A stretch of 64,000 nucleotides of DNA from Octopus sinensis (lineage: Eukaryota), in NCBI RefSeq assembly GCF_006345805.1, contig NC_043010.1, positions 51,956,001 to 52,020,000 of the forward strand. Reading direction: 5' to 3'. Position 1 is the stretch's first letter. The number at the start of each line of letters is the position of its first letter. Below, one piece after another: positions 1-14,997 of this stretch. A program made the translations under genes and the position numbers. The notes beneath the pieces were generated by a model, which had not been told where the DNA came from, ran no database searches, and saw only the letters and a program-made list of their open reading frames with translations.

Positions 1-748
1 CAAAATCATAGACTTCAGTAATTTATTTTATTTTATTTAGCCTGCTTGCCCTACTCTCGAAAGGGTATGGAGAAAGAATAATAAGAATAAAAGAAAAGCG
101 AGGGATAAAGTGTTCGTAGGAAAAGTTTAACCCCTTTGTTAGCATATTCTTATTGAAATACATCATTTGAGTGTGGCCATTGCCAGTACCGCCTGACTGG
201 CCATATGAAAAAACATTTGAGCGAGGTCGTTGCCAGTGCCGCTGGACTGGCTCCTGTGCAGGTGGCACATAAAAAACACCATTTGAGTATGGCCATTGCC
301 AGTACCGCCTGACTGGCCCTCATGCCGGTGGTGTGTAAAAGAGTGGTTGGTGTTAGGAAGGGCATCCAGCTGTAGAAACTCTGCCAGATCAAGATTGGAG
401 CCTGGTGCAGCCATCTGGTTCGCCAGTCCTCAGTCAAATCGTCCAACCCATGCTAGCATGGAAAGCGGATGTTAAATGATGATAATGATGATGATGACAA
501 CTGCCTTTGTTCTAAATTAACTTTGAAAATTTTCAAGAATTTAGTAAAATAATTTTGTCGTTATTAAGTGGATGTTTGTACATAAAATTTTTGATGGAAG
601 GTTTTAATTTAAATCACTTCAAAAGAAGAAACTTGTAGCATAGAACCAGGGGCAGTCCCAGGTGGGTTGTTATCAAAAGGGTTAAGGTAGAGCAAGCTTA
701 AAAAGTATGTTAGCCAAGCAGGAAAGGTTAGTAAGGGTTTATACCAAC

Positions 749-841
749 CTGGTGCTGGTGTTGGCATACTAGCGAGTGTTGTGTAATGGGTTGCCGGGTC
801 ATACATCATTGAGTAGGACAGATGACCAGGTGCTGCTTGAC
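749..841 (-). CDS. NUP155: NUP155 coding exon 17, Pro/Ser/Thr-rich low-conservation linker ([30 protein letters not shown])
   Basis: 93 nt, phase 1-1 fits; cctgttacag / GTTGGT; position corresponds to the P/S-rich region of human Nup155. Confidence 0.72.
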
Positions 842-1288
842 CTGTAACAGGAAAGGTATGGTTAACACCCAGCATTTATATGTGATGCCTACATCATATA
901 GACCATGTGTCACACTTACACAGACACACATACATAAGAGTGCAGACAGACAAGCAGAGAGACACACATAAGAGTGCAGACAGACAAGCAGAGAGACACA
1001 CAGACAGACATGTTGGCATTTATGTCATATTTATAAAGTCAATACTTATAATGAATTTTTATTGTTCACACATATTGTAGCATAGAATGCAGTATTGTTG
1101 TAGCATATTGGCACAGGTGTGCTGTGTGGTAAGGAGTTTGCTTCTCAACCACATGGTTTCAGGTTCAGTCCTGTTGCATGGCAGCTTGGACAAGTGTCTT
1201 CTATTATAGCTTCAGGCTGGCCAAATCCTTGTGAGTGAATTTGGAAGAGGAAACTTGAATGAAAACCATCATGTGTGTGTGTGCGTGC

Positions 1289-1343
<55 letters not shown>

Positions 1344-4188
1344 AATGTATCTATGTGTGTCCCCTGCCACTGCTTGACAACTGGTGTTGGTGTGTTAGCA
1401 TCCCCTTAACTTAGCAGTTGGGCAAAAGAGACTGACAGAATGAGTACCAGGTTTAAAAAAAAATTAAGTACTGGGATCGATTCATTCAAATCAAATTAAT
1501 CAAGGCAATGCTGCAACATGGCCACAGTCTAATGAGTGAAACAAGTAAAAGGTAAGCATGTACATACACACACACACACACACTGTAGGGACACCTGTCT
1601 CACATTTATACAATGTGTATACATATAGAAGTATCACCAGGTCCAGTCCTTGTTATGTTGTGATGGCCTGTGTGCTTCAATAATTCATGATACCTAACTA
1701 GAGTTCATGTTAGTCCAACAATGAAGCCTCAACACTACACTTGATCTACTAGAAATAACAGCTAAATCTCACTCAATGCTCACCTTACTGTCTTAAAATA
1801 AGGCAAGACCCACTGGTCAATTTAGTTCTAGATACCCATTAAAAGAGTGAATAGTTGCAGCCAGAATAGTTTTGATGTCGCACCCACTAAACTCTCGGAG
1901 TGGTTGGCCTTAGGAAGGGCATCCAGCTGTAGAAACTCTGCCAGATCAGATTGGAGCCTGGCACAGTTCACCAGTCCTCAGTCAAATCGTCCAACCCATG
2001 TTAGCATGGAAAGTGGACATTAAACGATGATGATGATGATGTGCTTAATGAAGTCTGGGCTAGGTTTAAATAACAACACACAGCTAGGTGGACCTCTCCA
2101 CTGAGAAATAAATGTCTTAGTCACAAAAAAAAAAAACACCAGCATACAATTCTCTCTCAGTTACATAAATGCCTTAGTTACAAACAACACAGCACCAGTG
2201 TACAATTCTCTTTCAGCTACAGCCTCTTTCTCTCTACTGTATGTCTTGGTCAAAAGCAACACAATACCAGTATACATGTCTCTGTTCCATAAATGTCTTA
2301 GGTCATAAACACAACACCAGTGTACAAGTCTTTCTCTCTTTTACATAAACGTCTGAGCCACAAACAACACAATACCACTGCACAACCTTCTCTAAAAAAC
2401 ACTGTACAAATCTTCCTCTGTTACCTATCTTAATCACAGCAACACCACTATACAAGTCTCTCTCTCTGTGCTACATAAATGTCCTGGTTACACACAACAC
2501 ATCATCAATGTACAAGTATTTCTGTCTGCTGCAATAAATAGAATGGAAGAAATAAAAAAAAAAGGAAGATTTACCAGGATATGATGCTGGGCCAACACTA
2601 GTAGGAATCCCTGGTCCATATTCATTTTCACTTGCAATTTTCATGTGTGGATGTCCACCGTACATAAAGAATGCCATTTGAGCCCAGTTGACAATCTGTA
2701 ACAGTGAAATTATACTCTTTAACTCTGTCAAATGCAATGTTTATTTACATTGTTCTGAATCATGTATTATCTTGAAGCTTTGAGATTTCAGTAATGTGAT
2801 TATTTATTTTTAGAATGGCTTGGAGGGTAGGTGTGAGAGGTAGGATCTGGTCTGTTTGAAAATACATCTGGTAGAACATTTGGGCCAAATATGATCGGTT
2901 TAAATGCTAGAGGGCTGAACTAGTTGCATCTAATAGGGTGTGGTCATACATGTGCACTGCCACAGATTGTAAAAGCATAACATTCAGGTGCTGCAAGAAC
3001 AGAACCATATCCACAGGACTTGTTCAGGAGAAGCAATAACAAGAACAATAAGGGTAACATCAATGTAGTTGCTTGCCCAGCTAGAAATAGCAGCCATATT
3101 CCTCTCAAATTACATCTTGCCATGTCATAAAAAAGAAGAGCATATTGGATAATGTAGACAGGCATAAATGAAAAGATGGAATGGTCTGTTCAATGAAGGA
3201 CGACTCGCAGCTGAACAACATCTTATTAAGAACAAAATGGAGTGGGGAATTGACACAAATGCTGATGGTGGCAGTGCAATGGAATCAAGCTACAACAACA
3301 ACGACAAAACTTACTTGCTGGTCACTGGGAGATCGGGAACAAGCAAGAATTAAACAGGCAGCACATGCTTGGTCAACCTGTGAAGATGTGGAAACAGGAG
3401 AAAAATATAAAGAACAAGGTGGTAAAAGACATTTACAGATTGGTAAAAATAAAACAAGTTTCATATTGAACAATATATCTGTTGATCAACTTTACATCAA
3501 TAAACATATCAAGTACAAGTCCATACCTTTTTTTTTGGGGTTTTTTTTTGGTTTTTTTGGAAGGCTAAATATGATGTGATAGGCAAAGACATGACTGTGC
3601 AGTTATGAAATTTGCTTCCCAACCGCATGGTTTCAAGTTCTACTATATCCCCAGGCCAACCAAAAATTTGGATTTGGTGGATGGAAATTGAAAGGAATCA
3701 GTTGTGTGTGTGTGATCATCGTTTAATGTCCGCTTTCCATGCTAGCATGCATTGTGTGTATGTAAATAATTGTGTTGCGCTATGTGAGTGTTTGTGTCTC
3801 CTTGACCTGATTGTGTGGTATTGTTGTAAATGAATGTCATTCATTTCCAATATTCAGTAAAAATATGTTTGGCCACAGGGAAATGTTACTTTACTTGGAA
3901 ACAAGTGAAGGATGGCAACAGGAAGGGCATCTAATTGTAGAAAATCTGCCTCTTTAAGCTCCATCTGACCCATGCAAGCATGGAAAACCAGATAGTAAAA
4001 CGATGTCAGCATAGAAGACATGCATTTGTGTCTGTAGTGTATACACAATGAAAGAGTAAGAAATGACAGAAGGTAACAGAGAAAGGAATGAGAGGGAGAG
4101 AAAGAGAGATTGACAGAGAGAGACAAAGTTAGACAGATAAAGAAATATACAGGTAGATAGACAGCATGTCAAACAAATAGACAGACAG

Positions 4189-4222
<34 letters not shown>

Positions 4223-7200
4223 ATAAACAGGAAGAGAGCCAGCTAGATAGATAGACATGGATAAATTGACAGAGAAGTATTGGAGGAACAAGGGAATGAA
4301 GACTCGAGCAGAGATATGTAAGCAGACTGATAACAATGGAGAACAGAACTGTTTACCTTGTGTAGAGAAAAAAAGTCTTTGACAGCTTCTGATTCTGGAC
4401 CTTGGCATGAAATGAGCAGTCTTCGCAGTTGGTCAACAGGACGGAGTTTCGACACAATGGTACAACCCTAAGAGACATAAAACAATAGAGAAGTGAGTGT
4501 AATTACACATTACACCATACAGTATATGACTATCATTTATTTGAAAACTGATCTTTACCTTTTGGGATCTTAACCTTTTGACCGACAGATTTTTAAAAAT
4601 AATTTTTTGTCACTAAATGCTTTCAAACTTCGGACATTTTTTATATTCTCGTTTACACAGGTTCTTTCACTCGCAACATACTTATTTCTTTATTGCCCAC
4701 AAGGGGCTAAACGTAGAGGGAACAAATAAGGACAGACAAATGGATTAAGTCGATTATATTGACCCCAGTATGTAACTGGTACTTAATTTATCTACCCAGA
4801 AAGGATGAAAGGCAAAGTCGACCTCGGCGGAATTTGAACTCAGAACGTACCGGCAGACGAGATACAGCTACGCATTTCACCCGGCGTGCTAACGTTTCTG
4901 CCAGCTCGCTGCAACATACTTGCTATAGACTTCCATCTTTTACAAAACACACTTTGCGTCAGTGTCAAATCAATGACGCCATAAACAGCAACGCCAAAAT
5001 GTCTCATACACTATACAGAGACGGTGTGGGAACTAGGGTAGAGAAGGGGACAGATTAGTAATTATAGTGAAGAGCAGAGGTGGTTGGGGAACTTGAGTGT
5101 AAGAAATGAGTAGAAATGAGGATTAATGATCAGGGTACAGGAAAGAATTGGTGATTCGGGTGAAGTTAAAAAAACTGACAGAAGAAGTAAAAGAGAAAAA
5201 AATTAAACAGACCTGGGCATTGATAAAAACAAACTTCCTTGGTTTCTCATTGTGCTGCGTGACTACAACTGGTGGGTCTGGCCGCTGTTTAAACTCAGGG
5301 GTAATATCTGTCTGGATAGCTGGGACCTCGCACATGCTCCATGTTCGACCTTCAAGAGGAACATAGCTCTATGAAATAGAGAAATGGGTAAAAAAATTTT
5401 TTAAACAATATAGAAAGATTAAAATATTTATTATTATTTGACATCATAAGAATTTATAAACTTTCAAGAGAACATGTAAAAAAACCTTTCTTTGGAACAG
5501 TGGATTTTGAAGCACATAAAGCTTATAAATAATAACATGTAAATATTAGGTTAAAAAAAAACCCATTGAATAGAAAAAAGTCAAAAGCTTTTGATGAGGT
5601 AGCTGTTAATTTTTAAAACGATATTGTAGGGTTGGTGTGAGAGACCAGATCTGGCCAGTTTGAACATAAAACAGGCAGAATACTTTTGGCCGGATATGGC
5701 CGGTTTAAAGGCTAAAGGGTTAAGGAATGGCAGTGAGAGAGAACATAACTCAGTGTGCATTCGTAACAGAGTTCAAGGTCAATCTGTGCCAAGTGGTTTC
5801 ACTCTGCATACTTTAGTTAGGTTACCATAACAGCAGTCCCAATACTTTTGATCAGCCCAAGGGGCCACACAGTGGGATTGAACTTAGAACCATGTAATTG
5901 GGAAGCAAGCTTCTCACCACACAGCAACACCTGTGCCTGGAATGATACAAAAAAAATCTTCATTTTAGACCTGTTTTATAATGCTGTCATGGGTTGGACA
6001 GGGTTTTTTTAAGGTAGGGCTTTACAGCTGGATGCCTTTCCAGTCACCAACCTTTTTAGCTGCCTCTTACAGCAGACAGACATACAGTAGCTATTCTAAA
6101 CTTGAGATACACACAGCAAGGTAGACACAAACAAAGAAAAGAAAAAGTTCCAAGGGAGAAGTAGGACTCTCAGCAAACATACCTTGATTTCTTTAAGTAC
6201 ATTATTGAAAGGTAAGCAATCACTGCTGATTGTCCAAAGCAAGTCGTTTTCTTCAGAGCGTGACTGGATCATCAAAAGGGTTCCTAAATACAAAAAAAAG
6301 TATGTATATTTATCATCATCATCATCATTTAACATTTGCTTTCCATGCTGACATGGGTTGGATAGTTTAACTGAAGACTGACAAGCTAGGAGGTTGCACC
6401 AGGCTCCAATCTAATCTGGTAAGGTTTCTACAGCTGGATGTCTTTCCTAATGCCAACCACTCCGAGAGTGTAGTAGTGGGTGCTTGTTACGTACCACCAG
6501 CATGGGAGCCAGTCAGGTGGCACTGGCATCAACCACGCTCAAATGGTGCTTTTTAAAAGCCAACCGGCACAGGAGTCAGTCAGGTGGCACTGGCATCAAC
6601 CATGCATGAATGGTGCTTTTTACAAATATATATATATATATACTTGTATACACATATATTGACATATACATCCCTATACAAAGGGTGCTGGAAAATTGCT
6701 GGCTTTAAAAATATCATGAAAGGCCTAGTTGGAGGCCCAACCTTCTGAGTTCTTGTACAGGGCTTATAAAAAACTGAAAGTCCGCTGCAATAAGTGTGTG
6801 AATCTTAGAGAGGAATATGTTGAATAAAATCATAATTAACTGATGCTCCTGTGTTTTCTTTTATCGAAAACTAAGATCTTTTCAGCCACCTCTCTTATAT
6901 ATAAACACACGTGTGTACATGTATATACATATACTTGTATATAAGGTACAATGAATAACAATCAATTAAACTGCTCTCCCATCTCATTTCCTCTCATCCA
7001 GCTGATATAAGCAATGGATGTAATACATACATCAAGAATTTCTGCCCTATCTGAACCACACTTCAGAATGTTCTTCAATTAATATTGCACAGGAAAGGAT
7101 AGGATAGTATAGTGATCACATTGTGTGTGGGTGACACACGTTTGAATTTCTTCCATGAGTCAAAGCAAGGGTTAATATCAACCCATGTTCCATTGTTTCA

Positions 7201-10200
7201 TCTTCTTTTAAACCCCAAATCAACGTGCGAGATTCCACAAAGGTATAGACACTGCACTTTCTAATCTGACGGGAGCCATAAAATCAGGCGGTGAGGTGTC
7301 TTACTCAAGGGTGCAACACAATGAGTTTACTAAAAAAGAATCATAAATTTCGTTTTTGGATTTGGTTTGCAAGATTCTTTATATGAGTTCGTGTGTTAAA
7401 GCATATTCTGTTGTGTCAAGGGAGAGTCATTTTCTTTTTGTGCCTTATAATGTGGCACACTCACCGGTAAAATTTCCACTTATTTCTTATTTTTATTTTC
7501 CTAAAATTTTCGTTGTGTCTTGCAACAGTGTCAAGAGTCAAGACTATTGAAAAGGTTGCAACGAAAATTAAGGAAAATAAAAATATGAAATAAGTGGAAA
7601 TTTTACCGGTGAGTGTGTCATATTATAAGGCACAAAAAGAAAATGACTCTCCTCAGACACAACAGAATCATAAATTGTTTTTAAAAATTATTAAAAATTG
7701 CATAAATAAAGTGCACACAAACCTTTTTTATAATGGGCAAGCCTAACATTGCTTGGACGACCATGAGCAGGGTTGGCAGAATAACCAGGAGGTAAGCGAA
7801 CGTGGACCAACTTTAACATTGATGGATATTTGCGAGATATATGTTGCACGGCACCAAATGGTTTTGCAGCAAAGTATAACCGGACACCTGGCAATTAGAT
7901 ACAACCACAGCATTAAATGGAACATTCCTGAGAAATCTCATTGAAAATATTAAAAACAAACATGGTAAAAAAGGCAGGAAAACAAACTACCTAATTTAGT
8001 GGTCAAGAAACCCTTCATTCATCATCATTGTTTAGCGTCCGCTTTCCATGCTAGCATGGGTTGGACGGTTCAACTGGGGTCTGGGAAGCCAGAAGGCTGC
8101 ACCAGGCTCCAATCTGATCTGGCAATGTTTCTACGGCTGGATGCCCTTCCTAACGCCAACCACTCCATGAGTGTAGTGGGTACTTTTTACGTGCCACCGG
8201 CACAGGTGCCAGACGAAGCTGGCAAACGGCCATGATCAGATGGTGCTTTTTACGTGCCACCGGCACGGGGGCCAGGCGAGGCTGGCAATGGCCACGAACA
8301 GATAGTGCTTTTTACGTGCCATTGTAAATAATTCTGTCTGCCCATCCATCCAGGATCCCTGTATCTTAGTGTACATTTGCTCTACATAGACATAGTATAC
8401 CATTTTGGAATCAGGATGATCCCAGGATTGAAAATCGGCCCTTCATTTGGTTTTTGAACATCCAACATTAGGATTAGGTCTGGATGAGGACTTGTTATAT
8501 GCTAACAGTTGAAAATTCAAATTTTAAAAGAACTACAAAAATTTGTGAACTTACAAGTTTTCCATTTAAACTGAATTTAAAGTAATACCAATATTGGTGG
8601 GGTAACAATAAATACTTTATTATTATTGCTCTCTTTAGATTTGGGCTGCTGGCTCAATTAGCTCTCAGCAGTAGCTAGCTTGAAAGTCCATATGGAGGGC
8701 AGCTTCTAAGCTAGTTGTAAATATAGCATGTCTTTTTCACTCTTGATACCAACCCACATGAGACTACTCTTGGTTATATGATACATGCTGTTTAAAATGC
8801 TCTAAATTAAAAATCTAATAAAGTTTTATGTTAATTAATATTCCAAAGCCAGCTTAATAAGGACAAAGATAGTTAACTAAATTCTTCATTAGCTATTTAT
8901 AATTTAATTGATTGAAACAAAGGCAGTGAAATATGACAAAAGGGTTAAATTGTTCTGTCATTTATGTAGGTCCATCCACACTCAACACCTCTGGTTTCTT
9001 TGGACTATTTCTGAAGCATGTTCTATAAAAAGTTGTTAGCCCCTCAACCCACCTGTTTCTTGGAAGCAAGGGTTACTGTGAGTGATCCCCCTTACAGCCC
9101 TCTGAGTGCAACATTGTTGATTGAGAGAAAGAGAGACTATACAGTAGAACTGGGTTGTCTGGAAAGTTTGTGCCAATTTATAGTAGCTTATCTTTTGACT
9201 TATTTTAGAACATGGCTGAGTCCATAAAATAGGATTTGACTAGATCTCTATTTAGAGCACAGTTTAAGCTATCTTTTCATAGAAGAAGGTTTATGTTCCT
9301 ATAACCTGTGTTAATTCTGTAACCCTTTAAATTGGAAGATAAGAAAGTTCATTTTCAGCACTTGATGCTTTGGAAACCAGACAAAAATTGCTGCAGCTTG
9401 GCTGGGATGAGTTACTCCACCCTCCATATTCACCAGATATTGCTTATTCGGATTTCCACTTATTCAGGTCTCTGTGGAATAGTCTTAATGGTAAAAATTT
9501 CAATTCCTTGGATGACGTAAAAAGATACCTTGATGAATTCTTTGCCATGAAACCACCTCAATTCTAGGTTCATATTTGGTTGATTAAAAATGTAATGGCA
9601 AGTATTTATTGACCTTTTTCTTTCCTTTAAAAATCGCCACGAACTTTCCAGACAACCCAATAGTTGACTGTGACTTAGCAGTTCAGCAAAAGAGCCATGT
9701 ATAGAACAAGCACCAGACTTAAAATAAATACTGAGGTTGATTTATTTGACAAAAAGCCTTCAAGGTAGTGCCTCAGCATGACCACAGTCCAATGACTGAA
9801 ACAAGTAAAAGATAAAAGATTGCATTTGCAAAACTACAAATAAAAAGAGAAATTTAACCCTTTTACTGTAGAAATCAGATATATTCACTCAAAATTTCAT
9901 TACCCTTAAGTGCAGGAAGTAGCTTTATATACTAATCTATCTTTTGTTGAGGAAACCATTTTTGTGTTCAGATATGTCGAGTTTGTAACAGGATGAAGGT
10001 CTCAGGAACACTTGAGAGGTGTCGGTCTTATCCTGTTACATTCAATTGTGTTGAAAGGAAAACCAAAACTTCAACTATCTTCAACAGCAATAAATAATAC
10101 TTTATTTTGTCTGGATTCGCAAATAAAATATATACACATATATTTTCTTCAGGGCAAACTGGTAGCCAAGTCCATAAAACTATTCACAATAGTTAACTTG

Positions 10201-13200
10201 TGTGAGCCAAAATGCTGTCTCCGTTCCCACATAGAAGGGGGCTTCTCTACATGTTGGGTTTTCCTTGAGAGAAGGTCAAGTCGTGTCCACTCGATAGGGC
10301 TTCAGCTTCAAAAACAGACCGATCTGGCGGGAAAACTTTCTGTTGGCAGTTCTCTGCGCATGAGGGAACTTCCGGCGGCCTACCAGAAGTAATCCAACTC
10401 TGAGCATGCGTGCTGAAATCTTCCAAAATAGCGTCACTACAAGTTTATTGAGGCAATGTGGCCTGCAGAAAATACCAATTCTTTTAACATCATTAATTAG
10501 AATAACCATGAAATTTAATTTTGCAATTAAAGAATTAAATTTTAACTATATTTATTGGCTGAAATTTGTATTTACATATTGAGGAATACTGACCTGCTTG
10601 TGTTATGGCGACTAGATGAAAATTTGGTGATTCCGAGGCTGTCAGTGGTGCAATGTGAATGATGGTTTTAAATAAAGAGGGATCAATCGTTCTGGAAACA
10701 AAATAATCATATAGAGTGAGTTTTAAAACAAATAAGATCTAGAGTCAAGACATCTACTAAAAATGTCAGCAATATTAAGGTTGGTCAAACTATTTTTTAC
10801 AACAGTTAAATACTATTTTTCGAACAACTTATGGTTTAGCAAAGGAGGGAAGGCAATGCGCAAGACCTTTGCAGCTCCATGTGTCTAACACATGTAAGCA
10901 TGCTTACAAAGTCAGAAAACAGCACAGCTCCCATGACTTTCAGAAACATTTTTCACACTCTGAGTTGCTGAAGCATGGGACAAACTACCTGCATCAGTCG
11001 GTAGTTGCCGAGATATTGCATCCTTTAAAACCTCCAAGCTTCCTAAAATTCGCCAACGCTACATTTGATATCATGCTCCACACCCTCCATATGCATGCAC
11101 ACGTTTATCGTGACTCGTACACTGTTCACTTTACTGATTTTTGTACATAAGTCTATGTACTGTACATGCACTTTTGAGGAGTTGTAGTGCACCTAAGACT
11201 GAAGGAGCAGGTCTGTTTTGAGCCCTAAGACTCATCAGGTCAGTTACCCACTTCTCATAGCACATAACTGACCAAGATCATAATATCCCCCCAGAATGGG
11301 ATGCCAATCTGTCACTGGGTTGTTCATTTAAAGTTGAGTAGATGGGAGCAAAGCAAAAATGAAGTGTTTTTACCAGCACACTTGGCAAAGTGGTTGGCAT
11401 TAGGAAGGGCATTCAGCCGTGGAAACCATGCCAAAACAGACTGGAGTCTGATGAAGCTCTCCTGCTTACCAGGTCGGGTCACACCATCCAACCCATGCCA
11501 GAATGAACAACGAATGTTAAATGATGATGATAAATATGACAATACCAAAGATGTATGTTTATTATATAGCAAAGATGTATACATTAACCCTTTCGTTACT
11601 GTATTTATTTTGCAAGGCTCTGTGTTTCTTTCAATAACTTTAAATATAACAAAGAATTTAGTAAAATAACTTAGTTATCGTTCAGCTAGTATTAGGAACA
11701 TAAACTGTGACTTAGCTTTGGTGGAAGATTTTGATTCAAAACTTATGAAAACAAGACATTTGTACTCAGAGCCAGAGCCAGTTTCAGCCGGATTGGTAAT
11801 GAAAGGGTTAAGTTATGTGAGCAATTAGCGTTGCAAACTGAGTTAAAAGAGCTGCATTGTCAGACAAAACTAAGGCTAACCAACATCATCATAATCATCA
11901 TCGAAGATAGGTGAGGGACATTAACATTATCAGGAAAGAGAGGAGGGAAGGAAAGCAATGACAGATAACAAACAAAACAGAAGCCAAACATCAATGAAGG
12001 AGTCAGAGATTGAGAGGAACTGAAAGTTTGGCCATCTTACCCGGCTATATGACTGGCAGCTTGTATGATGGTAGATAATGGTACAGTTACCACACGGCTC
12101 ATCCCCTTGCCATCTTCACCCAAGTCAAAAACCTGGAATAAGGAAAATATGAGGACATGTAGATTTACATAGTTACAAATGTTCTAAAATAAGTCGAAAG
12201 GTAAGCTACTATAAATCGGCACAAACTCTCTGGACAACCCAATATTATATTATAATGTATTAAAGTTTACATTATAAATACTATTATATTGCATTATATT
12301 ATATCTTACATTATACAGAAAACATAATAGCTTTAATTTCCTCACCTGAATCGTTCCTTTGTCTGAGCGTGTGTAAAGAATATTCCGAGACTGGTCAATA
12401 CAGATTTGCAGCAGTGGATCTAGGAAAGAGAAAGAAGTTAGGTTACAAGCGAAACAAAAAGCATAAAAAAGAAAACAGCACAATTATCTGAACATTGAAC
12501 AAAATACTTTGTAGAAGATGGTTACACTTTCCTCCTCATCATCAGTATTATTTGATGTCCATTTCTTCAGGTACAATTTGTTGAGGTAGATTTTCTATGG
12601 CCAGATACCCAGCCTGCCACCTGTTTCCAAGCTAGACATATACATTATTCACAGAAAGCTTAACACAACCTTGCTTGTATGATGACCATGCTCATTAACA
12701 AACGTCATGTGATATCTAGACAAGGGTACACAGACACTACACACACATACATACATACATGTACATATACACATGTGTACACATACATACACACATATAT
12801 ACATACATACATGCATGCATACGTCACTGTATCAACCAAACTATCCAATCCTGTTATGTACCACTGATCACAAAGTGCTTCCTTGCATTGTTGTAGCTTT
12901 CAAATGATGCTACCTCACAGGCAAGCTGACATTCTCCTTGAATGGAATGCCAGTCCATTGCTGAGTGGACTGGAGCAAAGTGAAATGAAGTGTTTTGCTC
13001 AACAACACAATGCACTGCCAGTCCAGGAAATGAAACCATAATCTTGTAATTGTGTGTGCAACACCCAAGCCAGTAAGCTATGCACCTTCACACAAATATA
13101 TATGATAGGTATTGGAGTGGCTGTGTGGTAAGTAGCTTGCTTACGAACCACATAGTTCCAGGTTCAATCCCACTGCGTGGCACCTTGGGCAGGTGTCTTC

Positions 13201-13289
13201 TACTATAGCCTCGGGCCGACCAAAGCCTTGTGAGTGGATCTGGTAGACAGAAACTGAAAGAAGCCCGTCGTATATATGTGTATATATAC

Positions 13290-13344
<55 letters not shown>

Positions 13345-14958
13345 TCTCCCCAACATCGCTTGACAACTGATGCTCATGCGTTTACGTCCCTGTAACTTAG
13401 CGGTTCAGCAAAAGAGACCAATAGAATAAGTACTAGGCTTACAAAGAATAAGTCCTGGGGTCAATTTGCTCGACTAAAGGCGGTGCTCCAGCATGGCCAC
13501 AGTCAAATGACTGAAACAAGTAAAAGAGATGGGCTTTTTTCGGCTTCCATCTATTAAATCCACTAAAAGGGCTCTGTTCAGCCCTATGCACATCTTAATG
13601 TACAGAGATGAAGAAGAAAGACAAAAATATGCAAGAATTACAAAGCAAACAAAAAGAAGAAAGAAAAGGAGAAGAGCTCACCTTCTTCTGTTAAAGATAT
13701 ATTGATAAAGCTGGGCACCAGGTATGACAGGTAGCTGGTTGAATGGTTAATTTTCTTGCACTGCCGTCCAAACCAGCCTTTCTGACCCTGAAGAAGGAAA
13801 TTAAGTAGCATTAAGAAAAGAAATATAGGAAATCATTGCAGAATGACATGGCTGTGCTGTTGAAAGGCTGGCTTTGTAACCACATGGTTCTAAGTTCAAT
13901 CCTAGAGTATGATGACATCACTTTAACAAATGCCTTTAAATGAAATTTGAGATAGGAAAACTGTGGAGAAGCCTCTTATATCATCATTTTATACCTGTTT
14001 TCCATGATATATACTTATCATCATCATCATTTAACGTCAGCTTTCCATGCTAGCATGGGTTGGACGATTTGACTGAGGACTGGTGAGCCAGATGGCTGCA
14101 CCAGGCTCCAATCTGATCTGGCAGTGTTTCTACAGCCAGATGCCCTTCCTAACACCAACCACTCTGAGAGTGTAGTGGGAGCTTTTACATGCCACCGGCA
14201 CAAGGGCCAGTCAGGCAGTACTGGCGACGGTCACGCTCAAATGGTGTTTTTTATGTGCCACCTGCACAGGTGCCAGTCCAGCAGCACTGGCAACAACCTC
14301 AGACTCAAGCAAATTCAATTGGAATTAACAAACATGAAAGCAGTTTACCTGATATGCCAATTCATAAAGGCAGCTGTCTTTTCCGGCCATGAAAATACGC
14401 CCGTTATTCATACCCACTATACTGACAACATAAAGATTGTCCGATGGCAGGCTGAAGAGAGGCTCTGTGATCAGATGCATTTCACAGTTACTCAAACTTT
14501 CCAAAGCACCTAGAAAACACAAACCAATTCTCAATTACATTTGTGAAAATAATTTATCGTATTACAAACACATACACACGCATCCTTGCACATACATGTT
14601 TATTTTACATCTGAAGAATGGACAGAACCATGATATTCTATGACCTGAAGAGCTAGCCTCCTATACCTGTATTACCTGTAAAATGTACAATAGTACCATG
14701 TAATTTATAACATATACACTAATAGAGATAATAGAGACAAAAAAAAATAATTTAAATTACACTAAAATAAATTGTTTTCTCCATGATGTTGGCTGTGAAA
14801 CGATCACAATCTTATGGATATCAAATGTTGAAATAACTAGAGTCATCTCATTCCTCCTGGCTTTATATTATATATTATATGCTTAAGCATATTGAATTTG
14901 CTAGGTAACTTTTCGGAAATCAAACAAGCAGGGTAATAGAGGTCAAATCAAAAACAAG

Positions 14959-14997
<39 letters not shown>

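Noticed and set aside
3181-3579. 132-aa plus-strand ORF
   Set aside because: Antisense to NUP155 exon 15, low-complexity, no splice or homology support
10893-10908. TGTAAGCATGCTTACA as a p53 response element
   Set aside because: Only one half-site fits RRRCWWGYYY
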